A stretch of DNA of 64,000 bases, taken from the NCBI GenBank assembly GCA_965644295.1, contig CBFFRP010000461.1:62001-126000 (forward strand), given 5' to 3'. Source of the DNA: Paraphysomonas bandaiensis (taxonomy: Eukaryota; Protista; Chrysophyceae). A program made the translations under genes and the position numbers. Every line of letters begins with the position of its first letter. The stretch's first letter is position 1. Under the pieces are notes generated by a model. That model did not search any database. It was given only the letters and a program-made list of their open reading frames with translations, and was not told where the DNA came from. Positions 11,867 to 23,718 of this stretch are shown here, one piece after another.

Positions 11867-12781
11867 CAACATGGCTATGCTTCTGTTCCATTCAGCTTTA
11901 TGTTTGTAAGTCCCAAATCTTCTTTTTCTTGTTAATACGCATGCCATGCTTATCAAAATGACCATTCATTGGCATGTTTTTTATGACATGTGACGAACAT
12001 ATGTGATAGTATAACTTATAATCAATTAATTGTGAGAGAGGCCCGTCTAGGTTACTTACATCATGATGCTAGACTTGTCCACCATAAGTTAACTTTGTTT
12101 ATCACTTCAGTTCAACATACACACTGTCCGACATATAGAATACATCCGAGTGAGTTCTACTGCAAGTTCATTCAAGTAGTTTACAAGACGTTTAATGTTT
12201 AATCAATTGTATCTACGTATCTACTAGTCAGGGTTGCGACACAATTGATTTGCGCAGGCTGTCGTCAATTAATGTCATTATTATAAGCTGCTCCAATTAC
12301 TAGATACGCAGCCCTGTTACAAGTTGCAAGTGCTGGCAAATATCCTTCGAAGCACTAAGCATATTTTACTATATTGTATATATGTATATATGGCGTTTCT
12401 TTCAATGATCTCTAGAATTACTCTTTTGTGGTGCTTGAATTTTGCTTATTTCTGTGTGTTAAGGATTTGAATAGTAACCGTTGAATGCTAGTTACTTACA
12501 GTATACAGTACTATATGAATCTTATATATTATGTTAAATGAAGTGAAATATGTTGACTGTAGAAGATCATGTCAACCTATGAACGTATAATATTGGTAGT
12601 AGTGACAACCGCAATATAATTAATGACAATGATTGATTAGAAATTACGTTTTAAATTAATAGAGAATAGAGAGTGTGTTGTTGAGTACTTATTTCATCTT
12701 GGCAAACCTCGAGAGTATGCACACACATTGTCACACATCTATTTACTTTTATACTATATATCACTGAACCGGCTATTATTT

Positions 12782-14100
12782 CTACACAGGCTTAGAGCGA
12801 CCACTTTTATCTATAACTACATCGTTACCAATTTCTTTCAATGACCTCGTTGCAGATCCTCTTTTGAGGGGCTGCTGTTGAGACTCATGAGGTTTCCAAC
12901 CAATCATCGATATGACCTATAACGTTTTCGTAAGAAGCGTACTTAACATGTTTAAATAACTCACTTGAAACGTAGCATTAACCTCTCCGTCTTCATTGCC
13001 ATACATATCTGCATCGTGCACAACGACAAACATTACATAATATGAAATCAAATATGGATACGCATGTTGTTATGCACGAAAATCGTATCCAAAACATCGT
13101 GCAGGAGTAAACTCCAAAACCACAGTCTTCACAGTATATGAACTGCACTACCTTGATACAGTGTAGCCATTGCCAGGAATGTGTCTCTGCCAGCGGGGTA
13201 GGCCTGTCTGTCATAAGCTGCCGACCCTTCTCCCATTCCCACTAAGTGCTCCATCAAGACAAACGCGTTTGGATAGCTAACCTAAAAGGTAAAACGCATT
13301 ATTTTAAAGCATGCACAACGCAAGAACGATAGAACAAGTTGTAAATGCACAGAATACAAAATATTCAAACTTACGGTAATTGTATCCACATCAATAGTTG
13401 GTAGGTTAAAACCAGCAGCTTGCATAAGTGCTGCCATATCAGATGCCCTTGCCAAAGGAGACGCATGAGGTGCAACGCCACCCGTTCTCTCCATTTCCGC
13501 CATGAAAAAAGCATTTCGAAACTCCTCCAGTGTCGACCCCCCAAGCATTGTTCCTAGAAAAGCTCCATCAGGTTTTAAGCTGGTTTTTATTTGTTTCAAC
13601 ATCGACGGCAAATCATTTACCCAGTGAAGGTATAACGAGCTCATTACTAGATCATATTTCTCAGGAGACAGCACTTGGCTATCTGCACACGCACTAGAAA
13701 CAACAAAATCAGATGAAAATAAGTCAGCCTTCGGCTTTGTTTTCGCATCAATAAAGCTCTTGAAATCAGCAATATCTGTTTGTGCTAAATGTTTGACACC
13801 TCCAATACCTCTCTCTACAGCATATTCATTCTGTTTCACCATTGCATCATATATATGACCCTTATGACACCCTAAATCCAGAGCCACTTCAAAATCCCTC
13901 AGAATATCATCTAATCGATCTACTAGTATATCAGCTACTGTTGTACGTAAGTAATCATAGGTATCATCTTGTGTATGTGTAGCTGCCCATTCACGTTGAC
14001 GTTTCTTGAGAGACATATCGAATATAGGCTTACTGCGAGTGGAATAGGATCGGAGATGAATCCTGTGAGAGGATATGAGAAATTGTATAGAAGATCTCAT
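12782..14100 (-). CDS. NDUFAF5: Mitochondrial complex I assembly factor NDUFAF5 (SAM-dependent methyltransferase fold)
   Basis: Exon 1 has IFDMSLKKRQR, DYLR, VDRLDDI, LDLGC, LHWVNDLP, LKPDGAF and ERTGGVAPHASP. Three further exons read VSYPNAFVLMEHLVGMGE, MYGNEDGEVNATFQ and VISMIGWKPHESQQQPLKRGS, ending at TAG 12782-12784. Confidence 0.92.
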
Positions 14101-14235
14101 TGGGTTGTAGGGATAGAATATGTGAGTGTAGAGTGGAGGATTATGCTACCCTCTTCCATAACAACATAAGAGAACAAGCAACATGCCTGAGTAGGTAGAT
14201 GGACACATACACACACACCGTACAAGTCGTCCTAC

Positions 14236-14414
14236 GTATGTATGTATGTATGTATGTATGTATGTATGTATGTATGTATGTATGTATGTATGTATGTATG
14301 TATGTATGTATGTATGTATGTATGTATGTATGTATGTATGTATGTATGTATGTATGTATGTATGTATGTATGTATGTATGTATGTATGTATGTATGTATG
14401 TATGTATGTATGTA
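14236..14414. repeat. Perfect (TATG)n microsatellite, ~44 units
   Basis: Directly visible; lies between the divergent NDUFAF5 and SET-like genes. Confidence 0.99.
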
Positions 14415-14743
14415 CCGACGGTATTCTGCTGTACTCCTGCCACAATTCTTTTAAACGTGTAGTGATTTCTTCTAAAATCCATACTGAAACTACAACCAAC
14501 CAGTGTGCAGTATAGTAATCTAATTGGACACATAGTTCATAATATAGTATCTTGAAGAGACATACATATGGCAACAAAACGGATCAGTTCTAGACTACAC
14601 TTACGTTTTGCAATCGTTTGCATGTATATACGTGGCACACATTGAGCACAATATCATTTTCAAAAGATTGCAATTCCAATACCTTGGATCTGAGGTACAA
14701 TTGCACAAAACTCATCTTGGTGCATTACTAGACATCCTCTAAG

Positions 14744-17700
14744 ATGGCACGAAGCAAAACATTTACCATTTACTCATTTATTGCAATATGCATTGCATTT
14801 TATGCTGGCGCAGATGTGGTGGAAGAATTTGCTGTTCGTGGACCGAATGAGCTCCATTCCATTGCAGTAAATACTTTTCTCGAGGAGCGAAGAAAGAATC
14901 CAGAAATTAAAGACATGGGAGATGACTCACCAATCATGCTGCGCGCAAAGGAGCATGCTATAAAGCGATTTGTCGCACAGGACGAAAATGATCTCATGAT
15001 CATGGTATGGCATACATAACACAGATAAAGATGTCACTTATGTTCGTTTTAATATATACTATATAGAAACCTCTCTCTGATAGTGGAGATAAAGTGCTGG
15101 CTCTACCGTCACCAGATGACCAGCAATCTTTTCTGACTGCCGCTGTGACGACAAGAGGTGCAAGTCAGGGCGTAATATCTCAGGAGGAACTGAGTGCTAT
15201 GCAGGTGTGTTGTAGTTCAATTTACTTATACTATAATAATGATCGCATTGTTGTGAAAATATATACTTCTTCTGTAATTCTTTGACCTTTTTTGTTTTAC
15301 AGGTTGAGATAGGTGAAGATATTGGCATGGGTGCAATATCCAAAGCTGGTGCTCTGCCTATGGGCGATTCCATGGAATGGGTGAAATTTGTTGAAGACAA
15401 GTTGAGACGCGATAATCGTGTCGACCATCAAAGTCTTCTATGGGAACTGGGATCTGAAGTGGCTGAAACTGAGCAAGTCAGCAGCGGTGGTATGAACATT
15501 TCTCTCGAAGAAGAATTGATGGATAACTTTACGGCATGGTTTGAGGCCGGTGGTGGAAAATTGAAGTATGTGCAACCAGTCATATCTAAGGAGAATGGTA
15601 TTAAGTTAGTGGCATCGGAGGACATACATGAGGGAGAAGGTGTAGTTCAGGTACCCGTCAAGCTCACTATGAGTAGAATCAGTGCCCGGAACGTGCTCAT
15701 AAAAAACAAAAGCAAGTATTTAGGCGAAGAACTGAAGAAGACTTTTGAAAAGAATGAGGTTTGTAATAATGTGGTGTAGAGGTTCTATGTCCTCGGGTTT
15801 TATGACAACGATAATGTTATCCTGGAGTACCGAAATATGTTTAACTATATGTACAATGCTTTATCACCACTCAACATTATACTTGTCACATTCTTGTATA
15901 TAGGTGTGGGCTTTGTCGATATTTTTACTGCACGAGTGGTACAAGGAGACTGCAGGTTCTGGTTCAAAGTGGGGGCCATATCTACGTACACTTCGTATGC
16001 GCTCTCTCACTACTCCAGCTCTCAGAGTAAGCTTGCCCTCAGGATTGCTATGTGTGTATTGACTAGTGATAATTGTATCGCGTGTTTACCTGGTATGCTG
16101 TTATACATCTTTATGTTGAGTTGGTGTGGGTTTTATCAACGATATATTTTGACTCAGGCGCTGCAAGGAACACGTGCGATAGAACTCTCGAAACAGTGGT
16201 TCAAAAGTTCTAACGACTTGAGGTATGTACATGCACAAGTTGCATAGAAACAAATCAATCATGTGTATTGCGTGACTGTAACGTTTAATGCTGCTGTAAC
16301 CGGTATATATATATAGATTGTTTGGATATTATTGTAGCTGACATGGTTGCAGATTTTATAGCACAGGTTCAGAGGGTCCGTGCAGCCCAACCACTGGTAT
16401 ATGTAACACTAAACCCAACGATAAGTTCGCGGGTACAAGGTGATACTCTTCTATTTTGTAGTGGCTCTTTTAATATTTGATATAGGTTTGAAATGCACCA
16501 GATGCGATGGGCCTACTGGGTTGTGAAGCAGAACGCAGTTCGTGTCCACCATACATCCACTGGTGCTGTCAACAACTATTGAAATGTGTGTGAAATTCAC
16601 GCCTTTTTATATATTTAGGTCAGAGCTTTCTTGCTCTGGTTCCTTTTTTCAACATGATCGAGAAAAGGGTAGACAGCGGTGGAGGGGTGTCTTTTGATCT
16701 TGATGGTGGGGTTACGATTCGAGTTGGCACGGGCCATGAAGAGGGAGAGATTGTCGGTAAGAATCAGTTATTGTGCCGATAAGTATTTTAGACATAGCGG
16801 AATGGACAGTTTAACCATAAACTGGCGAAACTCTTCGTAGTGTTAATTCTCATGTAGGAACGCATCCCGGAAACTTTACGGACACTGAATTCTTCATGAG
16901 ATTTTTGTCTGGTATTTAATTTCATAGTGGTGTATTGATGTCGTGATAATTCTGTGTTGTGATAGTCCCAAAGGGATTAAATCCATACAACTCTCTCAGT
17001 ATGAGTTTACCTGGCGCTCTACCAGAGGTAATGCTGCCATTTCTGTTTTATTTGTTTTCTTGTACTATTTTAAAGAAATGAACGAAAAATGTGTTCTTTT
17101 TACGAACGATTATCTGCTAGGGATCTGATTATCATATATGCCTTAAAATGGCTGATCAAGATAAGAAGCGAAAGTGCAAGGTACGCTCAAGCACTTTGAA
17201 ATGTACTCTCTAAAACAGTGGTTGTCATACGCCCCTTTATATATTCCGTGCTTGTCATTTCAAGTGCTTTTCGTAGCATTTAAGTTATAATTTATGTTTT
17301 TTCAGGGTGACAAAGGGCAGGATCTAATGTGGAAAATGAAAACACTGTCTGAGTGGCGCAAGGCAATGAACCTTCCTCCTAGACTTGGAGATCTTAGGTA
17401 ATTAGAGTATTAATTGGAACTGGAGTTTTCACGTTTACATATTATGAATGTTGCTTGTTTCGATTTCTTGTTTCACTCTCTGGTATAGACTGTGGGCGAC
17501 AAGACTACATTTGTATGGAGATGACGAAGAGGAGCAAAAAAAACTCTCTGCCGCTAACCAGGTATAATATGAGTATGATTTTTATGTTGCTCAATTTCTT
17601 TTACGTTTAGCTTCTTGCTGGTCTACCAGTGTCTACTGATGATATTCCCGCAGAAGACCAGCTTATGCTTCTAGGAATTGCTCAGGTTTTTCCTTATGTG

Positions 17701-20700
17701 GATGATATACATATATTATGCTGAATGATATTACTTTCGATAGATCACCTGCATGTTTTTTATTTATTTTGACACGGTGATTTGTAGAATAATGATGAAG
17801 CAATGGCTATGGTTGCTGGATCAAACCGACCACCCCCTCAGCTTTACTCTGGTAAGCAGTATTTGTTATTTGTAGCCAGCATTCTTTGCTGTATGCCTTC
17901 CTGGTGTATGAGTGACACTCTTCCTATTTTAGCTCCTGACCCGGAGGAAGATCCCGAGGCTCAGCGAGCCATGGAAAATCTGGCCACACTAGCAGCCCAG
18001 GTTTCATATAGTATTCATGCCCTTTTCTATATGTTTGATGGTGGCAACGTGTAGGTGCACATGGTTGTTAGTACTGGAAACATTATTGGAAATGCCACTC
18101 GCGCTGTTTTAAATCAAACAAGGTAGATATAATCCGTATTACTTTTCCATATGGTTTCTCGTCATATGTTTTCGTATCAGAGTTGTTTTGAATAACACTG
18201 TTGCAGGGAATTCTTTCAGCATGGTGTCATTCCTAAGGCCGGGCTGGATGAGCTGGATGACTTCATTCTTAAAAAAATTGGTGCGTTATTTTGATGTTAT
18301 AGGAAATGTTATTTTCATTTCACACTGAGATTTGATGTAAATGTGCTCATTTCAGGAATGCTGGCACATTGTGGTGTGGACAAAGCAATGAAGATTACGC
18401 ATGGTATATTTTGTTTGTCTGATATAGCAATGTTATGTTTTGAATTATAGTCTTTATTATGATATCACAATGTTGCTACTGTTGTTTTATAAAGTCAATG
18501 TAGGAAACATTAGCAAGGAGCTAATGTGCGCAATGCGTGTGCACCTCATGAATGAGACAGAAATGAATGTATTTTGTCCGGCAGATGCCAAGGTATGAAC
18601 ACGTTACTATCTGTGGTGTATTATGGATGTATATGATTTCGTGCCAAAGTCCTACTACGAAAAATACTCCGGGATATTGCACTTTGCTACGATGAATGTA
18701 TTTAGTCTGATATGCCTTGCAGGTGTTTCACGAGAATTGTCAGAACGTAGAGTTTATGAACTATACCGCTATTAGCGTTAACAATGAGCTCAACGTTATT
18801 GAGGTCTGTCATAATTATGATAAATGTAACTACATTGGGTTATTCCGTTTTACGATTATTATGGCAGGCATTCCGCAGCACTTTGTATAATCTTCTATCG
18901 TCATATCCCACTTCTCCTGAAGAAGATAGGTGATGTAACATGCTTGGAGTCGTTGTTCTTGCACATGAGTTCTTATTTTTTGCTATCAGAGCTGTCTTGC
19001 GAGAGGCGGAGCAGTGTGAGAAAGATTGCGAACATGGTCCTATATATCTAGGTGCCATTCGACTCAGACTCAGGTATACATATTTCGATTGTTATTGATA
19101 CTTCAGATTTTCCACAATATGATATTTTGAATATAATGCATTTTTTGGTTAGAGAAAAGGAACTTCTTCAGGCTACACTAGACTTCCTTGATGACCACGA
19201 GAACAAAACAGTCAACAATGAAATCCCTTTCCAGCTAGACATCAAGGTAACACTATATTCACATGTTTAGGATGAATGTTAAAGTTATGTTTTAATTCGA
19301 ACAGCGTCAGGAGAGAGAAATAGCTGACCGCATTGCAGCTGAGCACGCTGCATTTGTAGCTGAGGTAATAACTGTTGACCCATCAGTGCATTCCTAGCAA
19401 TTACCGATCTTATTAATGTATTTGCATAGATTAAACGTCTGGCTGCAGAGAAACTTCCACTGGCCGTAGTTCCTGTTGATCTGGGAGGTGACAAGCCGAA
19501 AATTAACTTAACGCTGCTGGAGGGGCACGATATAAAAGATACAGGTGGCAAATATAATATGTGGTAGACGAATACCCTCTTGCGTACTCAATATATGAGT
19601 ACTATGTTTTCATCGTACTAAATTCTCAAACAGTTATTTCCTTCTGTCGGCAAAATAATGTACCGTCCGGTTATGTGAATACTTTGGAGAGCGCTCTCCG
19701 GAAGCAGATCGTTAACCCACCTCCACTCCTTCTACTTTTGGGTAACCTTTTTCGTGTACTATATGCAGCATGTTGGTAAAATATTTTTTTTCTAGGTGTC
19801 GTATCTCTCACTGGTGAACGCCATGTACTTGGAATTCCTGAGGGGAAAAATGCGTCTATTGAGACGGGTATTTTTCATGAGTTCTGCTAACACTTTGAGG
19901 CCCTAACACGCATTGTTCAAAACACAGGAGTATTTTGTGCTCGAAGTGGAATTGACCAAGAAGAATGCGATAATGTCAGTGCTATTGGCTCGCTTAAAAC
20001 ATGTTATTGGTGTGCCCTGATTAACTTATTCATTAGATTATCAACATTATGTATTAGTAACTATATATTATCATCACAGTTGCAAAAACGTGTTGAAAGT
20101 CGTCTCTCTGGGGCTGATGGAGCGTATACTCGACGAATTATAGGAACACTGAACGTCGATGCCCCAGATGGCAGAAAGCTCATGGTATGGATAACGTAAA
20201 CAACTTGTCAAATTTTGTCGTTTTGCGTACTCTATGTGCAGTCATAGTTATGTACGCTTTGCGAGTAATATGTTACTGCAGTTTGTTATTCGAGAATCAG
20301 AGCAACATGATTTAATTCAATACACTTCCGACTTCCTCGAGTATTACAAGATGCACTCCATGAATGCCGTAAATATTCTCGCGAATGAAATGCACAAACG
20401 GTTCGTAGTTAATTGTGCAGTGGTCTGTTATATGAGATTCGGATATACTTTTTTTATATTTTGCGCGAATTCTAAATTTTGAGTCTTAGGCTCCCAGAAC
20501 CGGCACTACGAATTCCTGTCAGCCTTCCGCACCAAAGGTATGTTTTCATTTAATGTTCAGTATGGTGGATTAAATGATAGCCAGATCGGTTGAAATTCGC
20601 TTTTCCAGAAATGACAACATCACTGCTGTTGTTGCTGGGTTTGTTGATTTCTACGAATTGGATGAGGTATGCTATGTGCTGTATATTTTTTCTAAGGTTC

Positions 20701-20780
20701 TCATGTGTTTACAGGGAGCTAAGACACAAATTCTTCGTTTGGCACGGGACGGCATGTCACCGGGCACTTTCATGGTGTAG
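14744..20780 (+). CDS. Intron-rich SET-domain protein of the Rubisco LSMT/SETD3 class, with signal peptide, degenerate active site and C-terminal tandem ~70-aa domains
   Basis: About 30 short GT..AG introns. Peptides FTAWFEAGGG, GIKLVASEDIHEGEGVVQVPVKLTMS, SKWGPYLRTL, MRWAYWVV and LALVPFFNM, plus LSMT substrate-binding-like ELMCAMRV, SYPTSPEED and AIRLRLREKELL. Stop TAG at 20778-20780. Exact exon boundaries not all resolved. Confidence 0.78.
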
Positions 20781-22235
20781 ATGCCATTCATTTTGACCTG
20801 TAGACCGTTTTGCAGTGATAGAACACGCTTATTTCGCATCATAGTGTAGAAGCTTTGCTGATTCCGTGGTTGTGTGATAAACTGATAAGTTTCGCAACGT
20901 TTTACAATGTGGTTTTACATGTTATATGAGCTAGTCATACTCTAACTTTTTTGTTTCACATCTTTTTGTTGAGTTCGGCGAGATCAGATAGTTACAACTG
21001 AGAGCATTGACTCTGCTGTCAGATTGGTTTTTGATGGTTGTTTTTCCATCAGTTATGTCTCGTGATCATGCAGAACTATCATATACCAGTGAACAAGGCC
21101 TTTGAAATGAAACAGTAGAATACAATAGTTTAACATAGTATTATATATTATATTATGCTACTGAGAAAAAGAATCAAAATTATCGTGGACTGGAAGAGAG
21201 ATCTATGGATTCAGGGGACAACACGTCAGCCGCCGCTAGAACTAGAATACAAGAAGGAGGATGTTGAGAGGAGAATGGAATAATAGTATATACGTATATA
21301 CATTATACATTGATTCAATATTTGGTGCTGGTCAACCTGCGGCTCTAGCGAATGAGCGACCCTTTGAAAGAATTGCTTACTATTGGTGATTTGATATCTA
21401 GGTTTAAACCGGTATACCCTTTACCCTTTAGGGGTATATCAATACACCTTCCATCTTCTTTTTGTTTTTCTAACATAAGCCATCATGCGCAGCCTTCTTA
21501 CCTTGACTCCAACGGCTTTGCGAATACTTCTCCAGCGTCCTTCTTCACGGCTTTGAAACCGACTTTTTTGTTGTTCGTGACCGTTCAGTTCACGAGGTGC
21601 GTAAAAAATGAAAATAAAAGTTCTTGTAATATATATAAAAACTAAAATAAGATGCAGATTTCTAAAATATATCCAATTATTGATCTTCTTGAACAAAACA
21701 ACGATGGAGTTTCTCAAGAGACGTGGAGTCGTATGTGCATGCTTTATTTCTTATATTTTTACACCCGCCACAACTATAAAGAGCTCAATCTGGAAAACTT
21801 TACGATTTTTTGGTGTTTGCAGCTTAAAGCTGGAATTTCAATTTTTTAAATTAAAATTGTATTAAACTGTATACGGTTTACATTTCTTGTCGACTTCCCA
21901 CGACTTGACAACTTCATAAGTTATATAAAATGGTTCGTAGCCCACTTACAACATCTAAAGAGAAGTTCTAAACCTGTATGCCCTTTAGGGTTAGGTGTTC
22001 AAACTTAGGAAAACAGGAGTTAAGTCATTATTAAGATTCTATTGTTTTATAAAGGCAGTTAAAGGAGTATGAAGTCACTTATTATTCCTACATTTTTTCA
22101 AATAAAAATTAAAAATAGTTACTGTATTAAGTTTTCGTATTCTTTTAACCCAAGTTTTTTCAATACTTTTGCTCTTATCTCCAAGCAAAAATATGTAATC
22201 AGTATTCCACCATCATCCATAGGCAATACTCTTCT

Positions 22236-23306
22236 TTAAGCAAACAATTTTAAATTGTCGGTCGAGCTAAATTGAAAAGAATTCCAATCTACCACAACTC
22301 TTATGCCGTTAGATAAGGTTGCCAAAACTATATCATGCATATATCCTATTTGTCCATCAGTAGCTATGATAGCATCTTCAAGAATCCATAATCCATTGGA
22401 TTGTTCATGACACGCATAACAATGCATCTTTGCATCGACAAATCCACGACATTCAGCTGGTTCTCCATTGTTTAGAATCAGTGGCGTTTCTCCCCACACA
22501 ACCGCCGAGACCTTTACAGGATTCATATGTCTGAAATTTGCCACAAATAGGCCTAAGTCAGAATAGCAACGTCCGGACAGCCTGCAATGGCATTATGTGA
22601 ACTTTATTCCAAATCATACCTGTACTAATATCGTACTAATTGAAACGCACTCATCATATGACTATCACACATATTCCTGATGTAATGATGACAGGAAATA
22701 ACATTGAATAGTTTGCATGTATTGTAATAGAACATACAGCTTGTTTTAATTCATTGATATCAAATATATATATATATATGCTTGTTGATGCTGCTTCAAT
22801 ATTACTGTGACACCGGTTGGAAATTCGTGTGATACATATTTGGGTGAATTCAATACTTTGATATTGTCAACACTACTTTGCAACAACCATAGGGTTGTTA
22901 GTATTATTTCATTAGCATCTGTTGCAAGTTGTAAATCATTGCATAGTTTATTGTTTACTTCAATATTGTGATCGTAGAAGATAGATGCATATATTGTACA
23001 GCAAGGACAGCAAGGCAAGCAGCTCGAGATAGATCTTGATGCATGTACAGGTAGATGTACACCCGATGATAATGTGACCGTATCTTGAAGAGGTAGACTG
23101 AAATGAGAATGGAGTTGGAAACTATTTCGTGTTAAAACCGCAGTATTTCGATTGCTAAAATGAAAAAGTTGTAGAATTAAACATAAAAGACACTTTTTCG
23201 CAATATTTTTACACACAAGTAGACAAAAAAAAACAAAAAATAGCGATTTTTTTTTTAGAATTTTGAATTTCTGCTCACTGCTCTCGTCCCTCTCAGTGCT
23301 GCTCAT
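22236..23306 (-). CDS. Possible spliced hypothetical gene or decayed gene
   Basis: Two protein-like open stretches (about 23100-22815 and 22581-22236, the latter preceded by a ttgcag acceptor). I could not join them with consistent phases and recognise no motif. Confidence 0.3.
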
Positions 23307-23501
23307 AGTGAAGCAAGCCGCTAAAGTATAAACACAGTCAAGTCCCAAGTAACTCACTGTATAAAGATGATAGCATGATGTTTCATATATGGATACATTG
23401 TCTTGATAGTTATCAGTGTATAAAAACGAAGAGGATATCTTTAATCAAACAGCTCATCATGTCTTTAGTCTCTCTATAATTAACCGTCTCAACAATCTTG
23501 T

Positions 23502-23536
<35 letters not shown>

Positions 23537-23537
23537 G
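23502..23537. repeat. (TTG)12 microsatellite
   Basis: Directly visible. Confidence 0.97.
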
Positions 23538-23718
23538 CTTGTTGCTACTCATCAATAAAAATATTGAAACATGTTTGGTATGTAGAAAATTTGAAAAGAC
23601 GGTTTGATAGCGTTGTTTGTATTTCGGGACGTGTTGCTTCTTCGTACGACTTCCATGGCATCAACTCGATAATATACACTCATTTAATCTTGATATATAA
23701 CAGATACACAGATACAAT

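Noticed and set aside
14141-14577. ORFs with YIHT / MYVC repeats
   Set aside because: Translations of the (TATG)n microsatellite.
21417-21995. tttaggg / ttagg motifs as interstitial telomere
   Set aside because: Only one or two units at each site, not a tandem tract.
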